64,000 bases of DNA from IMG/VR virus record IMGVR_UViG_3300029288_000120, positions 1 to 64,000 of that record, one strand, 5' to 3'. The notes under the pieces are model-generated. The model searched no databases. It saw only the letters and a program-made list of their open reading frames with translations, and had not been told where the DNA came from. Shown here in pieces: positions 1 through 8,908 of the stretch. Source of the DNA: a virus (taxonomy: Duplodnaviria; Caudoviricetes). Each line of letters opens with the position of its first letter. The stretch's first letter is position 1. Made by a program: the position numbers and the translations under genes.

Positions 1-116
1 AGGAGAAAAAGGAAACTGAGTTTATTGAGGTTACACAACTATGGAATAGTACAGGGACGATATCAAAGTATTTGCATATCAAGAGAACGTTGCTTGATAT
101 GGAGGAAGGTGATTAA
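1..116 (+). CDS. 3' end of a hypothetical protein truncated by the window start
   Basis: Open frame EKKETEFIEV...DMEEGD ending in TAA at 114-116, just before the RBS of the next gene. Confidence 0.4.
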   Translation, partial: EKKETEFIEVTQLWNSTGTISKYLHIKRTLLDMEEGD

Positions 117-126
117 GGAGGATTAG

Positions 127-987
127 ATGCGAGTATTGATAACTGGTGCAGGTGGATTCATCGGTAGTCATATGGTGGATCGTTGTAAACGAGATGGTCA
201 CCACGTAATGGCATTGGACATAAAGTACATCGATGATTGGATTGTGGGTGAACAGGCGCCAGATGAAATCTATGATGAGGCAGACGTAGTTGACGTTTTG
301 TATGACGCAGGCCAATTCGATGTGGTCTATCACTTGGCTGCAGAAAGCAGGATCCAACCGTCGTTTGACATACCTGTTGAATGTATACGCAGTAATGTTT
401 TAGGTACCGCTGCTGTACTTGATTGTGCAAGAAAGTATAAAGCGAGGGTAGTCTATGCCGGTAGCAGCACAGCAGATGATGATGTGGCAAAGAATGTCTA
501 TGCCACTTCCAAGTTCCAGGGAGAACGATTGTGTAAAACGTGGGCCAACTGTTTTGGAGTATCAGTAGGTATTGCTAGATTCTACAATGTGTACGGTCCG
601 AGACATATCAAGGATGGAAGATATGCTACAGTGATTGGTATCTTCGAAAGACAATTTGATAATGGTGAGAAGTTGACCGTCACGGGTACAGGTGCTCACA
701 AAAGGGATTTTACTCACGTAAATGACATTGTAGAAGGATTGGTACAGATATCGAAACAGACGGACAATGATGAGTACGCATTGGGGTCTGGCGTAAACCA
801 TAGTATATTGTCAGTGGCGAAGATGTTTGTTAGGGATGACAGAATCACGTTTATAGATCGTCCTCCAGGTGAATCGGAGGTGACCTTAGCTAACATTTAC
901 AATACCCGAAAGAAATTGAAATGGTTTCCTTTCCATGTTCTGGAGAGTTACATAAACGAATACAAGTGTGGTCAAGTCCCTTGCTGA
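127..987 (+). CDS. NAD-dependent epimerase/dehydratase (extended SDR)
   Basis: GAGGFIGSH Rossmann motif, YATSK catalytic YxxxK, RFYNVYGP, RDFTHV; AGGAGG RBS. Confidence 0.93.
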   Translation: MRVLITGAGGFIGSHMVDRCKRDGHHVMALDIKYIDDWIVGEQAPDEIYDEADVVDVLYDAGQFDVVYHLAAESRIQPSFDIPVECIRSNVLGTAAVLDCARKYKARVVYAGSSTADDDVAKNVYATSKFQGERLCKTWANCFGVSVGIARFYNVYGPRHIKDGRYATVIGIFERQFDNGEKLTVTGTGAHKRDFTHVNDIVEGLVQISKQTDNDEYALGSGVNHSILSVAKMFVRDDRITFIDRPPGESEVTLANIYNTRKKLKWFPFHVLESYINEYKCGQVPC

Positions 988-995
988 GAATTACA

Positions 996-1442
996 ATGTC
1001 TAAACAAAATCTGTTAAATGTACTAAAAGAAACGGCACAGGCCTTACGAGGTTTGAAATTCAATCCATACCATGATCCTGGTAGTGGTCGATTTAGTACT
1101 GGAGGTGGACCAAAACTAGCACCGGATACTGGTGGTGGTACTGGTGGCGGTTCAGCAGGAACCAAACCTAAGAAGCCTGAAAGTTCTTCTGGTAGTCTAA
1201 GTAGTTTAGCAAAGCCACAGAAGCATAACGTAGACCTACCCAAAGACAAGCGGAAGATGAATATAGGACCAGCAGAAAAGGCTCTTCAACAGATGGGTTA
1301 CAAGTTGAATATGGGTGGGATGAAACCTGTGAATGGTAAACTGACGACGTTCTACAACATAACGGATAAGAATGGTAAGAAGGTAAGCGTGGATGCCACT
1401 ACACTAAGAGATTTCATTTACTCGAATCATAGCAAGGAATAG
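996..1442 (+). CDS. FNPYHD-tagged putative virion cargo protein 1 (unknown C-terminal domain)
   Basis: Start moved to ATG 996, after the upstream stop; N-terminus matches that of 3120..3881 (LKETAxALxxLKFNPYHD..GRF..PDTGGGTGG). Confidence 0.7.
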   Translation: MSKQNLLNVLKETAQALRGLKFNPYHDPGSGRFSTGGGPKLAPDTGGGTGGGSAGTKPKKPESSSGSLSSLAKPQKHNVDLPKDKRKMNIGPAEKALQQMGYKLNMGGMKPVNGKLTTFYNITDKNGKKVSVDATTLRDFIYSNHSKE

Positions 1443-1446
1443 AATT

Positions 1447-2244
1447 ATGAGTATGGTAGATATCAGCGAGGTTTTGCTAGATTTGGGATTGTCTTCATCT
1501 GTAACGGATGAAGAGAGGGCCATTGCAGCTAGTTCCATTAGAAGAGCAGAGGCGGCGATAAAAAGGTTTTTGGGATATGATCCATATCAAAAAGAAAGAA
1601 CTGAGTTTTACCCCCAACAAGACTTCTCGATGGATAATGGCTCTTTTGTTTGGGAAGTAAACGATGCAGTAGCCTATCAGAGACAACTATCAGAAGGGGC
1701 TACTAATGTACTGATGGTACAACACATACCCATTCGTAGTGTCAGTGCTCTGTATATTGACTATGATGGTAGGGGTGGATCAAAAGCAGGTTCTTTTGGT
1801 TCCGATAGTTTGAAGACAGAGGGAACTGATTTCTGGCCCAATTATAATATGGTTGACGATGATGGTAACAGCATGTGTACTGATGGCATACTACGAAGTG
1901 AGGGATTATGGCCTACAAATCCAGGAACTGTTAAAATAGTGTATACTGCTGGGTATTCCTCGAAAGAATTACATGGTCAATGCTCTCTTGTTGATGCTAC
2001 ACAAATACTGGAAGCAGTTGTAGATGAATCAGTTAGGAGAGCAAAAAAGGTTTTCCTTACTAAGAAACAGACGGGAAAAGGATTTGTTGCAGGTACTGTT
2101 ACCAGCGAAAGTTTGGGGGATTACAGTTACAGTATTGATGGTTCTTCAGCAGCCAGTAACTTTGGGGGGCAGTATGATTTGTTGGGAGATACGATTGACA
2201 GGTTGAATGACTTTGTAAACTTGGGGTACAAAATTGGTGGATAA
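1447..2244 (+). CDS. Head-tail connector/adaptor protein
   Basis: Adaptor-like pattern: N-terminal helix AEAAIKRFLG, then VKIVYTAGY and C-terminal SESLGDYSYS. Confidence 0.7.
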   Translation: MSMVDISEVLLDLGLSSSVTDEERAIAASSIRRAEAAIKRFLGYDPYQKERTEFYPQQDFSMDNGSFVWEVNDAVAYQRQLSEGATNVLMVQHIPIRSVSALYIDYDGRGGSKAGSFGSDSLKTEGTDFWPNYNMVDDDGNSMCTDGILRSEGLWPTNPGTVKIVYTAGYSSKELHGQCSLVDATQILEAVVDESVRRAKKVFLTKKQTGKGFVAGTVTSESLGDYSYSIDGSSAASNFGGQYDLLGDTIDRLNDFVNLGYKIGG

Positions 2245-2959
2245 GAGAACTATACGTTTTGGTATTGCCCTTACTTACAACTGTAATATGGCCTGCCCGG
2301 GTTGTAACAGGTTTCTGGATGTATCCCCCTGGAAAGACTCAAACATTACATTGGAAGGCTTACAGGAGGGCTACGAGAGGGCAATTGCGTGTGTAAACAT
2401 TGAGAAGGTAAGGGTTAGTGGGGGTGAACCTTTGCTCCATCCACAGTTTGCAGAGTGTATGAATATCATACAGAATTCGTGGAATAAAGAGTATGGTGGA
2501 AGAACCTGTGTATTTACCAATGGAAAGATACAACCCCCACCAACAAAAGGATGGCGATACAATACTTCTAGTTCTTCTAGTAAAGAAATATATTTTCAAC
2601 CACCTATGATATCTCCCCATGATTTGGGATTGGAACCATCCATACCTCTAAATGCTGGGTGTCGTAGGCAAGCCGGTTGTGGGAGATTATTTGATGCGTT
2701 TGGTTTTTCTTGCTGTATGTTTGCTGGGGCTATTGGTCGGTTATTGGGTATTGACCCATACAGTCCCACGCCAGTAATAGATGGGATGTACTCTATTTGT
2801 AAGCACTGTGTATTTGCTCAAGGTATAAAGAAAGCATTCGCATTATTTAAGTCAGCAAATGAAGGGGAGTTTGAGTATCCCACTCGTACCTACAAGTATG
2901 GGTTGCAGAGGTTGGAACTGTATGGATCAGACACATTGAAGAAATTTTCTGAAAGGTAA
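2234..2959 (+). CDS. Radical SAM protein
   Basis: CNMACPGC (CxxxCxxC), SGGEPLLHP, FTNG, Cys-rich C-terminal region. Confidence 0.85.
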   Translation: MVDKRTIRFGIALTYNCNMACPGCNRFLDVSPWKDSNITLEGLQEGYERAIACVNIEKVRVSGGEPLLHPQFAECMNIIQNSWNKEYGGRTCVFTNGKIQPPPTKGWRYNTSSSSSKEIYFQPPMISPHDLGLEPSIPLNAGCRRQAGCGRLFDAFGFSCCMFAGAIGRLLGIDPYSPTPVIDGMYSICKHCVFAQGIKKAFALFKSANEGEFEYPTRTYKYGLQRLELYGSDTLKKFSER

Positions 2960-2964
2960 GTATT

Positions 2965-3099
2965 ATGCCAAAAGATAGAGTGCAACCCAAGAAACCGGAT
3001 GACAGAAAAGTAAGGGCAGAAAGATTCTATGAGGATGATCCTGATGCCTTTGAAGTTGTAAAGCCTAAGAAGGAAGAAAAAGAAGAAACTAATGAGTGA
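2965..3099 (+). CDS. 44-aa charged microprotein upstream of the ART gene
   Basis: MPKDRVQPKKPDDRKVRAERFYEDDPDAFEVVKPKKEEKEETNE fills the intergenic gap; GAAAGG upstream. Confidence 0.55.
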   Translation: MPKDRVQPKKPDDRKVRAERFYEDDPDAFEVVKPKKEEKEETNE

Positions 3100-3119
3100 G
3101 TTTGGGAGTTTCTAAATAG

Positions 3120-3881
3120 ATGAAAAACAAACAACTATTACTGCCTGTTCTTAAAGAAACAGCCAAGGCTCTCAAGGATCTTAAATTCAATCCTTACCAT
3201 GACAGCCTAGGTCGCTTCGGAACTGGGGGAGGCGGAGCCGGACCCAAACTCACTCCCGATACAGGAGGAGGTACTGGAGGGAGTACAGCAGAAGATAAAC
3301 CAGAGGCGAAGGAAGTTGCTTATGAGGAAAAGTTAAAGGATTGGAAGAAGAGTATTGCTGGGGAGGAACTCAATTCGATACGAGAATATACTGGTCCTAC
3401 ATACAAGAACATACGATCATACCAAAATGAAGGTAAGGGATGTAATGAGAAGATAACAAAGCATATGACAAATTTGAGTCGAGCTTTGGAAAGAGCCCCT
3501 AAGTATGAAGGGGAAGTATATAGGGGGATCGCTTTCACTTCAAAAAAGAAGTTGGTAGAGTTTGTAGCATCCGTGCAGAAGGAAGGTTTCTTAACAGAGA
3601 AAGGATTTACATCCACTTCAACATCAAAGTCGGTAGCAACAAAGTTCACCAAGAAGCAGAAAACAAATTCGTTTGAGGCTGGTCTTCAACAGGAGAAGTC
3701 CATACTGATTAAATTGAAGACGAAAACAGGTGTAGATATATCGGATGTATCTTCCTATCCTAAGGAGAAAGAAGTTCTTATAAAGCCCCCTTCCAAGTGG
3801 AAGTTGAGTAGAGTAACTTCTGCTAGTATTCCTAGTGTAGTAGGAGGAAAGATGACAGTCCTTGAGATGGAGGAAGTATAG
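3120..3881 (+). CDS. FNPYHD-tagged ADP-ribosyltransferase (R-S-E clade, VIP2/C3-like)
   Basis: EYTG..Y..I, VYRG (R), FTSTS (S), EKEVL (ExE); N-terminal FNPYHD tag. Confidence 0.85.
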   Translation: MKNKQLLLPVLKETAKALKDLKFNPYHDSLGRFGTGGGGAGPKLTPDTGGGTGGSTAEDKPEAKEVAYEEKLKDWKKSIAGEELNSIREYTGPTYKNIRSYQNEGKGCNEKITKHMTNLSRALERAPKYEGEVYRGIAFTSKKKLVEFVASVQKEGFLTEKGFTSTSTSKSVATKFTKKQKTNSFEAGLQQEKSILIKLKTKTGVDISDVSSYPKEKEVLIKPPSKWKLSRVTSASIPSVVGGKMTVLEMEEV

Positions 3882-3882
3882 T

Positions 3883-4047
3883 ATGTCAAGTAAAGAAGAA
3901 GTCAATGAGAATCAGAATAGAATGATAGATGTTGACGATGAAGTTTTTACAACATTTGGTTTGAAAAGTAAGCCTACCGAAGAGGAATTGAAAAAAACTA
4001 GCAAACTATTACAAGAGTTGGGTGTAATAGAAAAAGAGGAAGATTGA
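3883..4047 (+). CDS. Small acidic protein, candidate ART immunity/partner
   Basis: 54-aa ORF starting just after the ART stop; GGAGG RBS. Confidence 0.55.
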   Translation: MSSKEEVNENQNRMIDVDDEVFTTFGLKSKPTEEELKKTSKLLQELGVIEKEED

Positions 4048-4048
4048 A

Positions 4049-4390
4049 ATGTCGATACTGGAAAATCTTCCACACCTCTGTTCAGCTTATTTGAAGACAA
4101 AATCTCAAGGATCTATGGGTGGAGGAAAAGACACCTTATCTCTAGTCTTTGCCGATAGAGACTGTTGGAGACAGCCTGCTGGGGACAGAGAACAGGTATT
4201 GGCGTTAAAGAAGGGAATTGACATTACCCACAAAGTGTATTTTACCAGTGATCCCTTGCTTGACAACCGTCATGTATTGGTATTTAGCGATGGAACTTAT
4301 GATGTTACCAGCAGGCCAGTTCCGGATGCTAGTGTTGGTCTTGGGGTAGTATGGCGAGTTATGTTAAACTATAATTCAGCAAAGGATTGA
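4049..4390 (+). CDS. Head closure protein (SPP1 gp16-like)
   Basis: Size and beta-rich pattern (GSMGG, CWRQPA, THKVYF, YDV). Confidence 0.6.
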   Translation: MSILENLPHLCSAYLKTKSQGSMGGGKDTLSLVFADRDCWRQPAGDREQVLALKKGIDITHKVYFTSDPLLDNRHVLVFSDGTYDVTSRPVPDASVGLGVVWRVMLNYNSAKD

Positions 4391-4392
4391 GA

Positions 4393-4731
4393 ATGAGAAT
4401 AGTAACAAAATCAGTAGAAGACTTCATTACTAATATACAGAAATGTGTATTGGTTGATAATACAGTGTGGATAAGCAAGTCATCCAACCACTTGGGGGAA
4501 AATCCTAACAACTCAGTAAAGTTTTTGATACTATTACAAGCTTCTGCTGTTAAGATATTCTCTGATGGGGGTGAGTGTTTGGTGGAGATGGGTATAGATT
4601 GTGGATATGATTACCGTGATGCAACTCAGAGCTATGAAGGATCGGAACAAGCCGATGAGTTAAAACAATCTTTGCTAGAGTTTTGTGAGCAACAAGGTTT
4701 TGTAGTGAAACCTGGTATTTTGGATATGTAA
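4393..4731 (+). CDS. Hypothetical protein
   Basis: Tightly packed ORF within the operon. Confidence 0.6.
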   Translation: MRIVTKSVEDFITNIQKCVLVDNTVWISKSSNHLGENPNNSVKFLILLQASAVKIFSDGGECLVEMGIDCGYDYRDATQSYEGSEQADELKQSLLEFCEQQGFVVKPGILDM

Positions 4732-4749
4732 CTTTTAAGGAGAACTAAA

Positions 4750-5214
4750 ATGGAAAAAGAACATCAGAGTAAAGAAGAAGCAATCAGTCATTTTGTAAAA
4801 GAAATGACAGAGAAAGCAGCAGCTAGTGATGGGTTTGTTGCCTGTCTTATAACGAAGAAAGGAGGGGCATTGGAAGTAGCCATTCGAACTACCTATCAAT
4901 TTCCAAGGGGTGATTACGTTGCAGTATTGTCTTTGTTGGCTGAGAACTTGCATGGAGATATCTTGTCCGTTGAGAAGAACAAACTACCCCCTCCCTTGCC
5001 TAGGGTAAACAAAGAAGATCTTTTGAGAGAATTGCCTGATCTGCCTAATCATAGGGCACCGATGGATAACTCAGGTTTAAGAATGCCCAGACCAGCAGTT
5101 CAAAAACCTGGTATGCCTGGTATGAACATACCTCCTCATTTGCGTACCCGTTTTGTTGATGAGAATGGGGCTAGTCAACAACAGGATCAGGGAAATAAAG
5201 AGGAAAAACCATGA
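4750..5214 (+). CDS. Hypothetical protein with Pro-rich C-terminus
   Basis: AAGGAG RBS; operon packing. Confidence 0.65.
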   Translation: MEKEHQSKEEAISHFVKEMTEKAAASDGFVACLITKKGGALEVAIRTTYQFPRGDYVAVLSLLAENLHGDILSVEKNKLPPPLPRVNKEDLLRELPDLPNHRAPMDNSGLRMPRPAVQKPGMPGMNIPPHLRTRFVDENGASQQQDQGNKEEKP

Positions 5215-5597
5215 AGTTTTTTACACTACTAAAGCAACTCATGGCTAAGGTTGAGTATAGTAGGGCTCAACGGTTTGCTAAGGAGTGGGAAAAGTCTGCA
5301 AAAGAATTGATAGCTGTACTAGGGAAGAAAGAAGATATTCTAATTTCCAAATCGGTTGCTATCAAGGAGCTAATAGCAACAATTGAAGACGAACTTAAAA
5401 AAGCCAAAGCTCTCAATGTTAAGTATGAGACAGCTTTGGATGCTTTGCGAAATGAAAACAAGGTTATGTCCGAAGTAACAATCCCAGCACTGACAGCTTC
5501 TTGCCAGTTGGGACTTGAGCGTTGGCGGGCAGAAACAGCCATTCAAGTTCGTAGACAAGTAGCCGCTTCCAATATCAATAAGGAGTCGAGTAGATAA
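5211..5597 (+). CDS. Coiled-coil hypothetical protein
   Basis: Heptad-rich; overlaps both neighbours (ATGA, TAATG). Confidence 0.65.
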   Translation: MKFFTLLKQLMAKVEYSRAQRFAKEWEKSAKELIAVLGKKEDILISKSVAIKELIATIEDELKKAKALNVKYETALDALRNENKVMSEVTIPALTASCQLGLERWRAETAIQVRRQVAASNINKESSR

Positions 5598-7204
5598 TGA
5601 GTACCTTGATGGATTCTATGGAAGCCGAAAAGGCTTTCATTTCTAGTGTTAGAGCACATGCTTTGGAACTCAAAGCTGCTGGTAATTTACCATTGGATTT
5701 GTCTGTTGATGGTTCTTTTGGGTCAATCAACGAATGGCAAAGTAGATCCAGGTATCAACAGCGTTATGCTTTGAATAGAGGGGTTCTTTACTCAGCAGTA
5801 AATGCACTTGCTATGGAAGGTGCTTCTCAACCAGTAAATGTAAAGAGGTTGGTTTCAAAAGCAAAACCAAAGGGAAAGAAAAGTGCAGAAGAAGAAAAGG
5901 AAGTAGTAACAGATCATCCCCTTGTTGAAGCCCTCAAAAAACCAAACTCGATACAAAACAAATGGCAGTTTATCTATTCTTTCATAGCCAGTATTAGTCT
6001 TACCGGATGGGGATACATTATTGGGGAAGTAGATAAAGATGGCAAGATAGAGTTGTACTCCATTCCCACTACTTGGATAACACCAGATCACACCAAGGGA
6101 CCATTCTCTGCTTTCAAGCTAGCGAATCCAAACAAACCTGGAAGTGAATCCAAGACATTGGATGCTAGAAATGTGGCTTTTGCTTACTTACCTGATCCGT
6201 CAGATATGCTTTCTGCGTTGTCCCCTGCTTCTACACAATTACCTGCTATCAAATCAAATGATAATATCTGGGAAAGTCGTTTGCAGTTTTTCAAGAATGG
6301 CATCTTTCCTGGTGCTATAGTTACAGTAGGGGGAAATCCCCATCCGGGTGTTCCTGCTGGGGTAAGACCCAGATTGACAGCAGCACAAAGACGAGCAGTA
6401 TATGCTGTCATAAAGAAGTTGATGGGCGGTATAGCTAACCATGGCAATCCTGCCATTGTTGATGGAATGATTGAAAAAATTGAACGGCTATCAATGGATA
6501 GTAAGGAGATGGGTTGGGAGAAGTCAGAACCAGCTACCAAAGCAGCTATCCTCAGTGCTTTCTGTGTTCATCCTTACATTCTTGGGGAAGCTGTAAGTGT
6601 AGGAGGTTATGCTCAGGTAGCAAACATTGAGAAAAGATTCTACAAGCGTATAAATACTTATTTAGAAATGCTCAGTAACCTTCTTACAAACTTCATCAAA
6701 AATCTCACAGAAGAGGAAGGACTTGAGATAGAAGTTGAGCCTTGTGTAGCAACAGATCCAACATTAGAGTGGAGCAATTGGAAGTATGCAAGGAGCAATG
6801 GGGATATCACGCAGAACGAACTAAGGGAAAAACTTGGATTACCTCCAGATGAGGATGACAACCAATCTACAATTTCCCCACAACTATTGCAACCAATTGT
6901 ACAATTGCTTGCTCAAAAGGCTGCGGGGTCTGTAACAGTTGAGCAAGTAAAGGGATTACTAGTGGGATTGGGATTGCCTGAGGATATAGCAAGGGTTATA
7001 GCTGGTAAGGAATTGCCTCCTCCAGCAACACAACCACAACCTCAAGAACAAATAAGACAAGAGCAGAAACCAATTCCAGGCACACCCGTTATTGGAAAAC
7101 CAAAACCCGCAACAGTGCAAGCTTTGCAAGAGGCAGTAAAAGAGTTGAGAGAAGTTCCCAAGGTTGAGATGTCCAGGTTGGAAAAAATCTATGAAAGTGT
7201 CTGA
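5597..7204 (+). CDS. Portal protein (HK97-like)
   Basis: LYSAVNALA, HPL..L..PN, LTGWGY, FFKNG..PG, ILSAFCVHP..LG, ITQNELREKLGLPP. Confidence 0.9.
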   Translation: MSTLMDSMEAEKAFISSVRAHALELKAAGNLPLDLSVDGSFGSINEWQSRSRYQQRYALNRGVLYSAVNALAMEGASQPVNVKRLVSKAKPKGKKSAEEEKEVVTDHPLVEALKKPNSIQNKWQFIYSFIASISLTGWGYIIGEVDKDGKIELYSIPTTWITPDHTKGPFSAFKLANPNKPGSESKTLDARNVAFAYLPDPSDMLSALSPASTQLPAIKSNDNIWESRLQFFKNGIFPGAIVTVGGNPHPGVPAGVRPRLTAAQRRAVYAVIKKLMGGIANHGNPAIVDGMIEKIERLSMDSKEMGWEKSEPATKAAILSAFCVHPYILGEAVSVGGYAQVANIEKRFYKRINTYLEMLSNLLTNFIKNLTEEEGLEIEVEPCVATDPTLEWSNWKYARSNGDITQNELREKLGLPPDEDDNQSTISPQLLQPIVQLLAQKAAGSVTVEQVKGLLVGLGLPEDIARVIAGKELPPPATQPQPQEQIRQEQKPIPGTPVIGKPKPATVQALQEAVKELREVPKVEMSRLEKIYESV

Positions 7205-8648
7205 TTCAAAAAAAGAGACAATAACTCCTCTTCTGCTAGATACAGCTACTACTATCATAAGACTCAAAGCTGCTGTGTTGAAACGACAAATACGTCGAGA
7301 TGCTGCGAGAAAAATACACAGTAAGCAGATAGTAGAAGTTGAAAATAGATTAGCAAAAGCTGTAGCAGAAGTAATCAAAGAAGAAGTGGTTAATACTGCT
7401 AAGAAGTTAGAGAATCTAGTAGAGCAGAAATCTAAAACCAATCCTGTAGCAGCAGACCTCACAGCTCAAGTATTTAATTCAAAAGATAATACATTCAAGA
7501 GCAAGATTATAGATGCAATGCTACCAATACTGGCTGTTGGTATGTTGAAGTCGATGAAGACAGTACAGTTAGAGACAGGAGTTAAATCTTTCAAAGGCTT
7601 AAAATTTAATCCTTACCATGACTCAGAAGGTAGGTTTACTACTGGTTCCGGTTCAGGCGCCCATCTCGCTCCTGATACAGGAGGGGGTACAGGGGGTAAT
7701 AGTGGATTGGTTAGTGGTAATGAAATCTTAAAAGAGGTGTTGTTACTCTGTAAAGATGCAGACAAACGAAAAAAAGAACAAAGTGGGCAACGAAAAGAAA
7801 TTACTGATAGAAAAGATGGTTTGCATGGGAAGGTAAAGAAAGTAGCACAAGAGGCTACCAGTGAGTCTACAAATGAGAAGAAACAAACTTGGTTGGATTC
7901 TTTTGAGAAATTAAAAGGGGATGAGAAGGAAAAAGAAAAAAGGAAAGTACTATGGGATGATTATGATAAGCACAGGAATTCTGATTTAGAAAGTAACCCT
8001 GAGTATAAGAAGTTATCAGATGAGTACGACAAGACAGTATTGGAGTTGGCAACTTTTGAGGAGAAAGTAAAAAGTGAGAATAAGCTGACAAACACAGAGA
8101 TAGAAAAGATTTTAACCGTACCAGAAAGTGAAAGAATATCTATAAGTGTTAATGTAGAAAATGGCTTAAACAAAAAGGCTGTTTTGCGGTCGGTAGAAAA
8201 ATTAAGTAGTTTTGTTAGTAAGAATGCTACAGAGGGAAAAGAAGTCTTCATTGGAAAAGGTGGGAAAAGAAGTCATTACCATGAAAGTACCAGAGAAGTT
8301 TTTATAGGAAAAGTAAGCGAAAAATCTATAATACACGAAATGGGGCATTGGTTAGAGCACAGTAATCCTCATATAATGAGGGCTATGGGTACTTATCGGA
8401 AAAAGGTTACGGAAGGGGCAAAAACTGAGCATTTGGGTGCTGGTTACGAACAGGGAGAAATTTACAAAAAAAGAACAGATAAAAAGAAGTGGATCAATGA
8501 CTATATGGGCAAGATATACCAAAACAGTGGAGCTACTGAGTTGTTGTCAGTGGGATTGGAACACTACACGAGCTCGCCTGTCATGCTGGCAAAAAAAGAC
8601 CCTGAGTTGTTTGTTTTAATAGCAAATGCAGTGAGAGGAAACCTGTAA
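7191..8648 (+). CDS. Helical (MuF N-terminal-like) region + FNPYHD tag + zincin metallopeptidase-like domain
   Basis: Directly after the portal; LKFNPYHD at 7599; HEMGH (HExxH) followed by YMGKIY and TELLSVG. Confidence 0.75.
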   Translation: MKVSDSKKETITPLLLDTATTIIRLKAAVLKRQIRRDAARKIHSKQIVEVENRLAKAVAEVIKEEVVNTAKKLENLVEQKSKTNPVAADLTAQVFNSKDNTFKSKIIDAMLPILAVGMLKSMKTVQLETGVKSFKGLKFNPYHDSEGRFTTGSGSGAHLAPDTGGGTGGNSGLVSGNEILKEVLLLCKDADKRKKEQSGQRKEITDRKDGLHGKVKKVAQEATSESTNEKKQTWLDSFEKLKGDEKEKEKRKVLWDDYDKHRNSDLESNPEYKKLSDEYDKTVLELATFEEKVKSENKLTNTEIEKILTVPESERISISVNVENGLNKKAVLRSVEKLSSFVSKNATEGKEVFIGKGGKRSHYHESTREVFIGKVSEKSIIHEMGHWLEHSNPHIMRAMGTYRKKVTEGAKTEHLGAGYEQGEIYKKRTDKKKWINDYMGKIYQNSGATELLSVGLEHYTSSPVMLAKKDPELFVLIANAVRGNL

Positions 8649-8884
8649 TGACTACAGTGATTCTACTAAATGGTGAATGGGCAGAATTGACAGATTGGAA
8701 ATGGTCATCATCCAATGAAGAACTTGCTAAAAAACTTAATAGTTTACTAGATGAAACAGGAACAAGTCCAGCAGATCCAAATCCTGAACTTACTGAAGCA
8801 AAAAGAATAGTAGCTATGTTGGGGGGAGAAATAATCCATATAGATGAAGTGCCTGTTAGTAATGTTCCTGGAAGAATTTACTGA
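8648..8884 (+). CDS. Small protein, candidate immunity/partner of the zincin effector
   Basis: TAATG coupling to the effector gene; homologous to 9942..10259. Confidence 0.6.
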   Translation: MTTVILLNGEWAELTDWKWSSSNEELAKKLNSLLDETGTSPADPNPELTEAKRIVAMLGGEIIHIDEVPVSNVPGRIY

Positions 8885-8908
8885 ATTTGCATACACTAGG
8901 AAATCTAA

